From: Verrucomicrobiota bacterium
Lineage (GTDB): Bacteria; Verrucomicrobiota; Verrucomicrobiia; Limisphaerales; CANJXF01
Assembly: GCA_038214755.1 (NCBI GenBank)
Contig: JBBQRQ010000073.1
Span: 1-26,351 of the forward strand
Direction of reading: 5' to 3'
DNA: 26,351 nt
This document shows, one piece after another, positions 17,601 through 25,210 of the stretch; position 1 is the first letter of the stretch; the number at the start of each line of letters is the position of its first letter. The notes below the pieces were generated by a model. That model did not search any database. It saw nothing but the letters and a program-made list of their open reading frames with translations, and was not told the DNA's origin. Made by a program: the position numbers and the translations under genes.

Positions 17601-19305
17601 TGGCGATTATTGTTTCGGCAATTTGGTTGCCGCGACCTACACCGTAGTGGTGACGCCGCCGACAAGCTACTCTCTGACCACACCATCTGGTTGTAATCAT
17701 CAACAGACCGTTACGTTGACCGCCTGCCAGAGCAAGACTGGAATCACGTTCGGCTATACTGGAACCGCGCCCGGCATTTATTTCAAGAAGACCGGGCCGG
17801 CTACCGCTGTTTGCGGACAGACTATCACCTATACCTTTGCGGTAACAAATACGGGTAACACCTGTTTCTACGGAGGCATGCACGTGGATGATCCTATGTT
17901 GGGTGGCAGAATCTTTTACCAGACTCCCGTATCTCCGGGACAAGGGTTCACCTTTACTTCCAATTATGTCGTGAAGGCCACAGACCCGACGAACCTCGTA
18001 AATACGGCGACTGCCACCGGCCATCCGCCTACTGGCAATGCGGTTTCCGCGCAATCTTCCTGGACGGTGAAGGTTACGCCTTGCACTCCATGCACGGGCA
18101 GCATCTGTGGCGCGGTGTTGCGCGATTGCGACGCGAACGCAAACGTCAGTGGCGAAGCAGGTATTGCTGGAGTGACGGTCCAACTTAAGAATAGCAGTGG
18201 AACTGTAGTGGCCACCAACATGACGGACGCGAACGGCAATTACTGTTTCAATAATCGAACTGCCGGAACTTATACGGTCGTTGTTACCCCGCCCGCCAAT
18301 TATACGCTGACGACACCCGCCAGTTGCAATCATCAGCAAACGGTGACTCTGGCCGCCTGTCAGAATAAGGCCAGTATTAACTTCGGCTATACAGGAACAG
18401 CTCCCGGCATCTCTTTCAGGAAGACTGGTCCTGCCAATGCAGTGGTTGGCCAGACGATTACTTATACCTTTTCCGTAACCAATACTGGCAACACCTGTTT
18501 CTACGGAGGGTTGCACGTGGATGATCCTATGTTGGGTGGCAGAATCTTCTACCAGACTCCCGTCTCTCCGGGACAAGGGTTCTCATTTACTTCTAACTAT
18601 GTAGTAAAAGCTTCAGACCCGGCCAATCTCGTGAATACAGCGACAGCTACGGGTCATCCTCCGACGGGGAACGCGGTTTCGGCGCAGTCGTCATGGACGG
18701 TAAAAGTAACTTCACCCACCAACCCGCTACCCAGTCCGTGGGTTGCCAGGGACATTGGTAATGTCGCTGCAACTGGAAGCGCCAGTTATTCCGCCGGCAA
18801 GTTCTCTGTGAATGGTTCCGGCGCTGACATATGGGACACCGCCGATGCGTTTCGTTATGTCTATCGCTCGGTTACCGGCAATTTTACCATAGTAACTCGC
18901 GTCGCGACTGTCCAGAATACGAATCCTTGGGCGAAGGCGGGAGTTATGGTTCGCGAAAGCCTTGATGCAGGTTCAAAGAATGGCGGGTTATTCGTCACTC
19001 CAGGCAATGGTGTGGTAGGTCAGAGTCGGAATACTACCGGCGGCATCACTTACAGTGGGACCTTGGCGAGCTCAACGGCTCCTTATTGGATAAAGATTGT
19101 CCGCAGTGGAAACAGCTTCACTGGCTACTATTCGGCAAATGGGACTACCTGGAGCGCAACGGGGTCGCAAACGTTGACGACCGTGCCCACTGTGTATATC
19201 GGTCTAGCGGTTACCAGCCACAACGACGGGACTTCATGCACTGCCACGTTTGACAACGTCGCCGTGACACTTTCTACCAGTTCTCATACACAATCGGAAC
19301 AATGA
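14668..19305 (+). CDS. Large secreted Cys-rich repeat surface protein / adhesin (1545 aa)
   Basis: Signal peptide ending AFA-Q, N-terminal thioester-domain-like region, five HYR-like repeats (ATDNC...RTFTITATDGCGN), two SdrD-B-like + DUF11-like units, C-terminal ConA/DUF1349-like domain (GSGADIW..DAF, WAKAGVMVRE, YIGLAVTSHN). Confidence 0.88.
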   Translation: MKTISLGRISKVLLLTVIGALLGFEAFAQAPQAGCCLVLPVYPSNKVSLELTAYYGYPNNSSLLTAKVLTGPVPSSPPLYAAWCVDANANLDVQQHGTFTPFDGLLFSSCDPNLNDKLGQTNPGVYHSPTSYVSPAVWKQVNYILNHRDFTQPPYSGPVDGYSYAYYWDVQESINVLVGGSLTVHYDAVHSGVTNALLSAAATYAPAWQPACGDKMAAIAYLDATLWYDPFDDPQLIIIEVPCVCPPVCDVIGSTNICAGQSQNFSVTVSGGTPPYTIAWTGPGGFNSTNATITVSIAGTYTVTITDSTVPYPQSTSCSGFLKVTTTPPMFDNCPTNLNLGCNPNTNSIPSCNNPVIVTAHDNYGSVTVNCTGMTDQDNGCVKTRTLTYTANNVCGNATCVQKVTWTVDTNKPAITFVPPGGDLGCNPTNLPTDLNVKALVTATDDCGATTNDVSHVDTTNGCGMRRTFTVFVTDGCGNVSDSKTIVYTWTTDNAKPTVMVSGGGNLGCNPANVPNDSTVRTMVTATDNCSVLSTNVTHVDTSNGCSITRTFTITATDGCGNISDAKMVVYNWTADTTKPSITCPAPLSVQCIGDIPAPDLSAVAASDGCSTPRKSFVGDSYLTNGCVIIVTRIYKATDACGNSNTCTQTITVSDTTKPVITTVPTGGDLGCTPASLPTDASVKALVAAMDNCGMPTINVSHILGGNACSSNLTFTITAIDGCRNVSDARTVVYTFGCPPCVPSTFNFQGSSALSGTNGNTRTFSTNGVSIKVTAFSRTKPGGSWATAYLGSYGGGLGVTDSSEGDGSNNRHTVDNIDRDNYVLFEFSEPVVLSRATLGYVVSDSDLTLWIGTFADPYNNHLTLSDAVLGSFGYTEDNLTGSTTARTADLNATGVMGNAIVIAAWPGDATPEDQFKIALFDICKPSCAPAPCTGSICGSVVRDCDASGNLSGDTGIPNVTVTLKKNGTNVTSTVTGTNGDYCFGNLVAATYTVVVTPPTSYSLTTPSGCNHQQTVTLTACQSKTGITFGYTGTAPGIYFKKTGPATAVCGQTITYTFAVTNTGNTCFYGGMHVDDPMLGGRIFYQTPVSPGQGFTFTSNYVVKATDPTNLVNTATATGHPPTGNAVSAQSSWTVKVTPCTPCTGSICGAVLRDCDANANVSGEAGIAGVTVQLKNSSGTVVATNMTDANGNYCFNNRTAGTYTVVVTPPANYTLTTPASCNHQQTVTLAACQNKASINFGYTGTAPGISFRKTGPANAVVGQTITYTFSVTNTGNTCFYGGLHVDDPMLGGRIFYQTPVSPGQGFSFTSNYVVKASDPANLVNTATATGHPPTGNAVSAQSSWTVKVTSPTNPLPSPWVARDIGNVAATGSASYSAGKFSVNGSGADIWDTADAFRYVYRSVTGNFTIVTRVATVQNTNPWAKAGVMVRESLDAGSKNGGLFVTPGNGVVGQSRNTTGGITYSGTLASSTAPYWIKIVRSGNSFTGYYSANGTTWSATGSQTLTTVPTVYIGLAVTSHNDGTSCTATFDNVAVTLSTSSHTQSEQ
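17461..18710 (+). repeat. Intragenic tandem duplication, 630-bp period
   Basis: CTGSICG..RDCDA...SAQSSWTVKVT occurs at 17461 and at 18091. Confidence 0.9.
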
Positions 19306-19306
19306 G

Positions 19307-19561
19307 TCAGGGCGTAACGTGGGCTTGAGCGTGGAGCCAGTGGTGAATGAGCGAGACGACTTTGGCGGGAGTTTCCCAGAACGGACGCAGGACCCCGGTC
19401 AGCGTGGCTTCCAATTCGTCCAGATCGGCGTGCCGCTGGATAACGACACTTTTTTCCTCACTTTTGCCGAGAATTGAAGAAGACGTGCTTTGAGCCAATG
19501 AGTTCAAAGTTACTCCTGAAAAAAAGAGGAAAATATAGAGATTAGATGCAAATAATTTCAT
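19307..19561 (-). pseudogene. Chimeric remnant: AT-rich signal-peptide N-terminus fused to an IS630-like transposase C-terminus
   Basis: MKLFASNLYIFLFFSGVTLNSLAQ..., then a GC-richer part ADLDELEATLTGVLRPFWETPAKVVSLIHHWL. IS630 resemblance is from recognition only. Confidence 0.4.
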
Positions 19562-19643
19562 GGTTAAGATTTTGTGCTATGAGCAAAACTCTGGCAGTTT
19601 CAAGCGGCGAAACACAATAGAAAGTTTTCGCGTTAGTCCGTTC

Positions 19644-19922
19644 TCACGCTGTTGAACAGTCACGCCACCCAGAGTTGAGCTTTTGAAGAACCTCATTCTT
19701 CACGGATAGATTGCTGTTAAGCACTTCGAGCGGGGCGTGTTGCCAATCCAATTCAATTTCCACAAAACCACGATTGAGTTTGAGTGCAGCGACCGCCCTC
19801 GTGCCGCCGCCCATAAACGGGTCGAGAACGCAATCGCCTGCCCGCGTCGAGGCCAGCAGACAGCGTTCAATCAGCGCGACAGGCTTTTGCGTCGGGTGTC
19901 GCCGAAATTCCCAATCATTCAC
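19644..19922 (-). pseudogene. C-terminal fragment of an N4/N6 site-specific DNA methyltransferase
   Basis: HPTQKPVALIERCLLAST..GDCVLDPFMGGGT..AALKLNRGFVEIEL; no catalytic DPPY part in the window. Confidence 0.85.
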
Positions 19923-20083
19923 TCTATAAATCTACGTCTCACACCGCACGATGTGCGTTGTCTCGCACATGGTTTTCTTCGGCCCGGGTTCTCATGCTTC
20001 GTGAATGCTGATGTCCCCGGTCGTATGCACCACGCTCGCTTCGCTCACTTGCGCGCAGGAAAGAAACACGAACTTCGTCTCGT

Positions 20084-20232
20084 GAGCCTGTGTGAAAACT
20101 CAAATCTGGTCATTTTGCAAAACGAAAAAGTGGTTCAAATCACTCTCGCCAAAAATAAAAACGCGTCAGAACGAAAATGTGAGCGACGATTTTTTCATGC
20201 GGCTTGCTCGTGGTGAGTTTTCACACAGGCTC
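20084..20232. mobile_element. 149-bp MITE / internally deleted IS
   Basis: Perfect 19-bp terminal IR GAGCCTGTGTGAAAACTCA / TGAGTTTTCACACAGGCTC; no ORF and no clear TSD. Confidence 0.8.
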
Positions 20233-20354
20233 TCGGGAAAGATTCGCTCGGTTTGAGTGGCCGGTTTGTCGGACATCGCGTGATCCATTGCTCGTACCGG
20301 AAAACAGATCAAGGTCATTTGCTTTTCTAAAAATGGGTTCAATGCGAGATCGGC

Positions 20355-20449
20355 GGCAGGGACGACTTCCACCTCGTCCCTAACTTTTGTGCGGATGATA
20401 TAGAAGCCCGTCGGGATTAGTCGGGGGCGCGCTGGAACGCATCCCTACC
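20355..20449. repeat. Degenerate REP doublet (GGYAGGGAC...TCCCTACC) just after the yebC stop
   Basis: ggcagggacga-cttccacc-tcgtccct ... ggggcgcg-ctggaa-cgcatccctacc. Confidence 0.6.
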
Positions 20450-20452
20450 TTT

Positions 20453-21175
20453 CTACTTCATCGCTGCGTAAACGCGATGCACAGCATCATGGTCGTCGAG
20501 CGCGTTAAGGAATTCGGTGACTTGTTTGCGGAAATTTTCGCTCAACTCAGGAAACGTTTTGGCGACGTAACGAATTTCTGAAGCAATAATATTCCAGCCA
20601 GCCGCTTTCAAGGCTTTGCCCACGTGATCGAGATCTTTTATTTCGGTGAGAAACCGCGCCCCTTTTTCGCCGACGGGAATTTCTTCGGCTTCGAGCGCTT
20701 CAATTTCCTGCGCCCCGGCTTCGATGGCGTCGGCTTCCGCGTCGCGATTCGTATCGGTGTGAGTCGCTTCGACGACACCGAGATGGTTGAAGAAAAACGC
20801 GACGCTCCCGGGACTGCCGAGCGAACCGGCTTTGAACAAATTGCGGATCTCCGGCGCGGTGCGGTTTCGATTTTCGGTCAGGCACTCCACCACGACCGGA
20901 ACTTTGTGCGGCGCGAATCCTTCATAAGTAATTTGCTCAAACACAACTTTTTCATCGGTTTGGCCCGAACCTTTTTTGATCGCGCGCTCAATCGTCTCGC
21001 GCGTCACGGAACTTTTTCGCGCTTTCTCCACCGCGACGGCCAACCGCGCATTCAAGTCTGGATCAGGGCCGCCCAGTTTGGCCGCGATCATGATTTCACG
21101 CGTGAGTTTGGCGACCATCTGTCCCTTTTTTTGGGCGTTGGCTTCGCGACCCGCCTGTTTCCATTGTGCTCCCAT
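20453..21175 (-). CDS. yebC: YebC/PmpR family protein
   Basis: MGAQWK, GGPDPDLNARL, IERAIKKG, YEGFAP, ECLTENRNRT, GSVAFFF, LDDHDAVHRVY. Real start at ATG 21175. Confidence 0.95.
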   Translation of the reverse strand: MGAQWKQAGREANAQKKGQMVAKLTREIMIAAKLGGPDPDLNARLAVAVEKARKSSVTRETIERAIKKGSGQTDEKVVFEQITYEGFAPHKVPVVVECLTENRNRTAPEIRNLFKAGSLGSPGSVAFFFNHLGVVEATHTDTNRDAEADAIEAGAQEIEALEAEEIPVGEKGARFLTEIKDLDHVGKALKAAGWNIIASEIRYVAKTFPELSENFRKQVTEFLNALDDHDAVHRVYAAMK

Positions 21176-21264
21176 ACATTGATAGTTTGCATAATCGATC
21201 CGTGGCGATTCAATCCAAATCGCTTTGGCGCGAGGCGAGGCCGCAACCAAGCGGGAGTGGAATC

Positions 21265-21346
21265 TTAAACGCAGAGGACGGTCAGTTTTTCGCAAAGAAA
21301 CGCGAAGGAAATTCCTTCTTTGCGTCCTCGGCACCCTTCGCGTTAA
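21265..21346. repeat. Degenerate imperfect palindromic repeat (AACGCAGAGGAC...GCGTCCTC..CGCGTTAA)
   Basis: Partial inverted symmetry in the intergenic DNA. Confidence 0.45.
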
Positions 21347-21347
21347 A

Positions 21348-21515
21348 CCGAAATCCGAATCCCCGAAATCCGAAAGAAGACCGAAATCCGAACACCGAAA
21401 AAAGACTTCCGGTCAGTACCCGGAAAAAGCCCTTTTCCACCGGCGCAGTTCTGCCGCACCATCGGCCATCGGACTTCGGATTTCTTTCGGCTCTCTGATT
21501 TCGGATTTCGGATTT
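21348..21515. repeat. Inverted arrays of CCGAAAT / ATTTCGG heptamers
   Basis: ccgaaatccgaatccccgaaatccgaaagaagaccgaaatccgaa ... tcggacttcggatttctttcggctctctgatttcggatttcggattt; the end overlaps the hpnI stop. Confidence 0.75.
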
Positions 21516-22644
21516 AACATTTCTCCAACTTGCCGCCGCGAAGCACGCGAAAAGTTTCACCGCGCCATTGGATTTTATTTCCGACAAAAGCGAAAATCCA
21601 AATGGCAACGTTCAACAAGTCTTTGATTGGGATGAACCACCAATAAAAATAATGGCGTCTCAATCGTGTCAGCCGTGTTTGCAGAGAAAGCGCGATCACG
21701 ATCCGAATCGCGACAAAAAACAAAGTGAGCACGGCCATTGGATTTGTGATGAACCAAATCAGAGACCAGAGCGTCGTGTTGCTTAGAATGCTGAAAAAAA
21801 ACGGGACGGGCTGGCAAACGCGGATCGTTCGCGCCCAGCGCAGTTGATGCGTCCAAACTTTTATCCAGGTTGGCGGAGGTTCCCGGCATTCGACGACCAC
21901 GGGTGAAAGGATAATTTGTTTTCCAGCGCGGGCGATTTTATTTCCGAGTTGATAATCGTCCGCCAAAAAATCGACGAGCGATTCGAACCCGCCAATTTGT
22001 TGGAGTTGTTCGCAACGCGTGGCCATGACCGCGCCGAGCGCAAAATCGAGCGGCTTTAAAGTTTGCGATTGCAAAACCTGGCTCCAGAAATCGGCGTTGA
22101 CGGCGATGGCTTCCCAATGCATCGCGACGTTGGATGGGTTGGCGAGAGTATAAAAACAATTGACCAAACCGACTTCGGGATTTTCCAGAGGCGCGACGAT
22201 GTTCGCCAGAAAATCTTTCGGGACGAAAACATCGGCGTCGCTGATGATGAGGATCTCGTTTCGCGCGTGACGCTGGAGTTGGATGAGAGTGGAGACTTTT
22301 GCGTTCGGTCCCAGTGCCTCGTGGCAGACAACAAGCGTCGCGTCACTTTGCGGATTTTGCGAAATGAATTCCTGGACAATCGGGCAAGCCGGATCGTTGG
22401 CCGAAGCGACCCCGAACAAAATCTGGACTGGCCCGGAATAATCCTGGAGGAACCAACTGAGCAGACATTCTTTAGTTTCGCCGTCGCAACCTTTAAGCGG
22501 TTTCAGAATGGTGATGGCAGGAGAAAAATTTTTATTTGCGACGCGCTGATGGAGAGGGAAACGTCGCGCGACCAGCCATTGCCAAAGTGTCAGGCCGCAA
22601 CTCAAAATGGCCAGACCAGCCGCGACCCAATTCAAAAAAAACAC
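21514..22644 (-). CDS. hpnI: Hopanoid biosynthesis glycosyltransferase HpnI (ceramide glucosyltransferase-like)
   Basis: ILKPLKG, QDYSG, GPNAKVSTL, ISDAD, FALGAVMA, LADDYQLG, HQLRWART. Confidence 0.85.
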   Translation of the reverse strand: MFFLNWVAAGLAILSCGLTLWQWLVARRFPLHQRVANKNFSPAITILKPLKGCDGETKECLLSWFLQDYSGPVQILFGVASANDPACPIVQEFISQNPQSDATLVVCHEALGPNAKVSTLIQLQRHARNEILIISDADVFVPKDFLANIVAPLENPEVGLVNCFYTLANPSNVAMHWEAIAVNADFWSQVLQSQTLKPLDFALGAVMATRCEQLQQIGGFESLVDFLADDYQLGNKIARAGKQIILSPVVVECREPPPTWIKVWTHQLRWARTIRVCQPVPFFFSILSNTTLWSLIWFITNPMAVLTLFFVAIRIVIALSLQTRLTRLRRHYFYWWFIPIKDLLNVAIWIFAFVGNKIQWRGETFRVLRGGKLEKC

Positions 22645-22733
22645 GCGGCGAGATTATAGGGAGTGAGAAAACAAAAAAGTTTTTTGCACGGAGAAAAGAA
22701 ACGTCGCCCTGCGAGTTTGGAAATTTGTTGCGT

Positions 22734-22811
22734 GGCAGGGCGCGTCACTCCGTGCGCGCCGAGGTTTTGGAAAGACATCCGACGGCGCGCACGGGAGTGA
22801 CGCGCCCTACC
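22734..22811. repeat. REPIN (inverted REP pair)
   Basis: ggcagggcgcgtcactccgtgcgcgccg ... cggcgcgcacgggagtgacgcgccctacc. Confidence 0.8.
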
Positions 22812-22834
22812 TTTCTGAGTTGGGATCACCGGCG

Positions 22835-23350
22835 TTAATGCCGATGATGGTGATGATAGTAGCGCGGGCCGACATAAAACCGGAACGAAGGCCCATAATA
22901 AAACGGGTCGCCATAATAAACCGGCGGGCCGTAGTAAACTCGCGGCGGATAAGCGTAGCCGGGCGCATAAGTCGGCTGAGGTTGACTCATATCGAAGTAA
23001 ATCCGATGTGGGATTTTGTCTTCCGGCCCGAACATTTGTCCGGTGCCAAACCAGCGCGTTTGGACGAACTGATTCGTCCCCACCGGCATCGCGCGAACTT
23101 CATAAGATGCAGAACCGAAATCGTGAAACGTTCCATCCCGGTCTCCGAAAATTTTTAGATGCAACGGCGCGTTTCCGATCGGCTCGCCGTTCGCCTCGAT
23201 GCGCGCGCCCGGCGGCGAACTCTCGATCAACACATCGTAAGCCATCGTTCCGTTCGGCCCGGGTTCAGCGCCGGGAGGAAGCGGAGTTGCGCACCCGGCC
23301 ATAAAAATCGCGCCGAGCGCGCTTCCAAAAAAAACAAATTTTTTAAACAT
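22835..23350 (-). CDS. PEGA-domain lipoprotein with a Tyr/Pro/His-rich tail
   Basis: MFKKFVFFGSALGAIFMAG-C lipobox, IESSPPGARIEANGEPIGNAPL, tail ...YYHHHHRH. Confidence 0.8.
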   Translation of the reverse strand: MFKKFVFFGSALGAIFMAGCATPLPPGAEPGPNGTMAYDVLIESSPPGARIEANGEPIGNAPLHLKIFGDRDGTFHDFGSASYEVRAMPVGTNQFVQTRWFGTGQMFGPEDKIPHRIYFDMSQPQPTYAPGYAYPPRVYYGPPVYYGDPFYYGPSFRFYVGPRYYHHHHRH

Positions 23351-23413
23351 GAAAACAAAATGGCTCGGAGAAAAAATTTTGCAACTTGTCGCGCCCATTC
23401 CGGGTGTGCCCAC

Positions 23414-23643
23414 AAAGTAGCGCAGTGCGTCTCGCCTGCGCCGGGAAAAAATAACGCGGTGCGCAGGCGGGGCGCATCTCAATTTCTTGCAAAATAACGG
23501 AACGCCGATCTCCTGATCGGCTCGCGGAAAATGTGGCCGTTCCGCTGCCGATCAGGAGATCGGCGTTCCGCCTCTTTCCGAATCTTTGCCATCTACAATT
23601 TAGTGAGATGCGCCCGCGCAGGCGAGACGCGCTGCGTTACTTT
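23414..23643. mobile_element. Three-layer nest: REPIN > MITE with 9-bp TSD > REPIN
   Basis: Outer arms AAAGTAGCGCAGTGCGTCTCGCCTGCGC / GCGCAGGCGAGACGCGCTGCGTTACTTT. MITE 23470-23615 with TIR GGGCGCATCTCA, flanked by direct GCGCAGGCG. Inner perfect IR 23499-23521 / 23547-23569. Confidence 0.85.
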
Positions 23644-23688
23644 AGCCGTCTCGCTCTCTCTCGCTGTAACCGGTCCTCTCCCAAACTT

Positions 23689-24651
23689 TCACGCGCGCGG
23701 GTGAGCCTCATCGTAGGCGCGCTTTAAACGTTCCATCGTCAAGTGCGTGTAAATCTGGGTCGTGGCGAGATGGGCGTGGCCGAGCAATTCCTGCACGCTG
23801 CGCAAATCCGCGCCCGCATTGAGGAGGTGCGTGGCGTAACTGTGTCGCAATTTGTGCGGCGTGAGTTTGGGGTCGAGTCCGGCCAGCGCGAGATATTTTT
23901 TTAATCGCAATTGAAGAATGCGCGGCGCAACCGGCCGAAACTTTTTTGCGCTCGCAAGAAAAGCCGACGCGTTGCCAGTGGGCGGATGCGGCAAAAGTTG
24001 CCAGTAATTTTCAATCGCCTTTAAGGCCGGTGCTCCAATGGGAACGAGCCGTTCCTTTTTTCCTTTGCCGAGAACGCGAACGAGTTGTTGGCTGAAATCA
24101 ATGTCGCCCGCAGTCAAACCGCAAAGTTCGCTGATGCGCAGCCCACAGGAATAGATCGTTTCCAAAATTGCCACGTCGCGATTGGCCACGCTCGATTCGA
24201 CACGCCGGCCCCGTTTCTTTTTCTGGTTGGTTGGCTGCAATTGTAAAGGCGCTTCCAGCAAATCGTTCATCTGTTCCGCGGTCAAAAATTTCGGCAGCCG
24301 ATTTCCGACTTTCGGCATGGAGATGTTTTTGATCGGCATCGTTTCGACTTGCCCTCGTCGAATGAGAAATTTGTAAAAGCTCCGCAGCGCGCAGAAGCGA
24401 AGTTGAATGGCCGCGCGACTCAATTTCCCCCGTCCGAGAAAACGAAGGTATGAACGGAAATCATCTCGTAGCAACGACGGCCAAATGGGCGGCTGTTGTC
24501 GCTCCGTCCTGAACCAATTGAAAAATTCCAGCAACGCCTGGCGATAATTTCGTTGGGTATAAATGGAAGCACCACGATCCGACGCCAGATGTTGGAGAAA
24601 ACCTTTAATCCATTCATCGGGTGTTTCTGAATCACTATTTTCAGATTTCAT
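23689..24651 (-). CDS. xerC: Tyrosine recombinase XerC
   Basis: RGASIYTQRNY, LPKFLT, YSCGLRISEL, GKGKKER, TPHKLRHSYATHLLNAGADLRSVQELLGH..LATTQIYTH, C-terminal AHPRA. Confidence 0.9.
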   Translation of the reverse strand: MKSENSDSETPDEWIKGFLQHLASDRGASIYTQRNYRQALLEFFNWFRTERQQPPIWPSLLRDDFRSYLRFLGRGKLSRAAIQLRFCALRSFYKFLIRRGQVETMPIKNISMPKVGNRLPKFLTAEQMNDLLEAPLQLQPTNQKKKRGRRVESSVANRDVAILETIYSCGLRISELCGLTAGDIDFSQQLVRVLGKGKKERLVPIGAPALKAIENYWQLLPHPPTGNASAFLASAKKFRPVAPRILQLRLKKYLALAGLDPKLTPHKLRHSYATHLLNAGADLRSVQELLGHAHLATTQIYTHLTMERLKRAYDEAHPRA

Positions 24652-24670
24652 CTGAAATGCTGCGATAATT

Positions 24671-24946
24671 TCAACCCTTGTAAATTGCGTGCGTCCCGAT
24701 GTCGATGGACACGACGCAATCTTTTTCAATGTAAAATGTCGACCGTAAGTCGCCTTCAATATCCACTGCGTAAATGGTGCAGCCATGCAAGGCGGATAGC
24801 TTGTGAATTTTGTGCGCGCGAAGGCGGGGATCAAACGGATTCTCTTTGAAAACTTTCCAGGCGCGTCGAGCGGACTCCTTCTGCGCTGCGTTCAACCGAT
24901 AGAAGTGAGTCCAAAACGGTTCAACGGCTCGGAAGCGATAATTCAT
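24671..24946 (-). CDS. RelE/ParE-superfamily toxin (probable)
   Basis: 91 aa, basic, FKENPFDPRLRAHKI, DLRSTF, IDIGTHAIY. Confidence 0.7.
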   Translation of the reverse strand: MNYRFRAVEPFWTHFYRLNAAQKESARRAWKVFKENPFDPRLRAHKIHKLSALHGCTIYAVDIEGDLRSTFYIEKDCVVSIDIGTHAIYKG

Positions 24947-25140
24947 CGCAAATGAGGCGGCGGGGTTTCAAACAGGGCGGTTTCCATATCCACGAACCGG
25001 CCTTCCGCTGCGGCTTTCATTCCTTCTTTGAAAGAGGCGGGAACCCACGAATCGTCTTCCTCCATGACAAACTTGGTGACTTGCGCCCGTTCTTCGTTGG
25101 GCAGGATTTTGATTTGTTCGATGATTTCTTGTGCGCTCAT
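24943..25140 (-). CDS. Cognate antitoxin (probable)
   Basis: 65-aa acidic ORF MSAQEIIEQIKILPNEERAQV...AAEGRFVDM, with ATGA overlap with the toxin. Confidence 0.7.
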   Translation of the reverse strand: MSAQEIIEQIKILPNEERAQVTKFVMEEDDSWVPASFKEGMKAAAEGRFVDMETALFETPPPHLR

Positions 25141-25210
25141 GCTGTTAATTATTCACGGATTTTCCTCGCGGGCAAGTCTTCGCACAAGAGCGACCGGAGA
25201 TTGGTTCAAT

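Noticed and set aside
19930..20083. Group II intron 5' end or rolling-circle origin (GTGCG, hairpin atgtgcg-ttgtct-cgcacat, cgctcgcttcgctcac)
   Set aside because: No domain V/VI, RT or Rep gene is seen; the motifs are too short to support a call.
21348..21515. CRISPR array
   Set aside because: These are heptamer repeats in inverted arrangement with no repeat-spacer periodicity, and no cas genes are present.
23689..24651. XerC as the integrase of the pepF array (integron interpretation)
   Set aside because: It looks like a housekeeping XerC (AHPRA end, next to a topoisomerase), lacks the IntI-specific insertion and is 11 kb away. I found no attC or dif sites between the cassettes.
21176..24834. 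N-terminal extensions of yebC (to 21334), the PEGA gene (to 23482) and xerC (to 24834) in the ORF track
   Set aside because: They run through repeats or the toxin gene; family-typical starts lie at 21175, 23350 and 24651.
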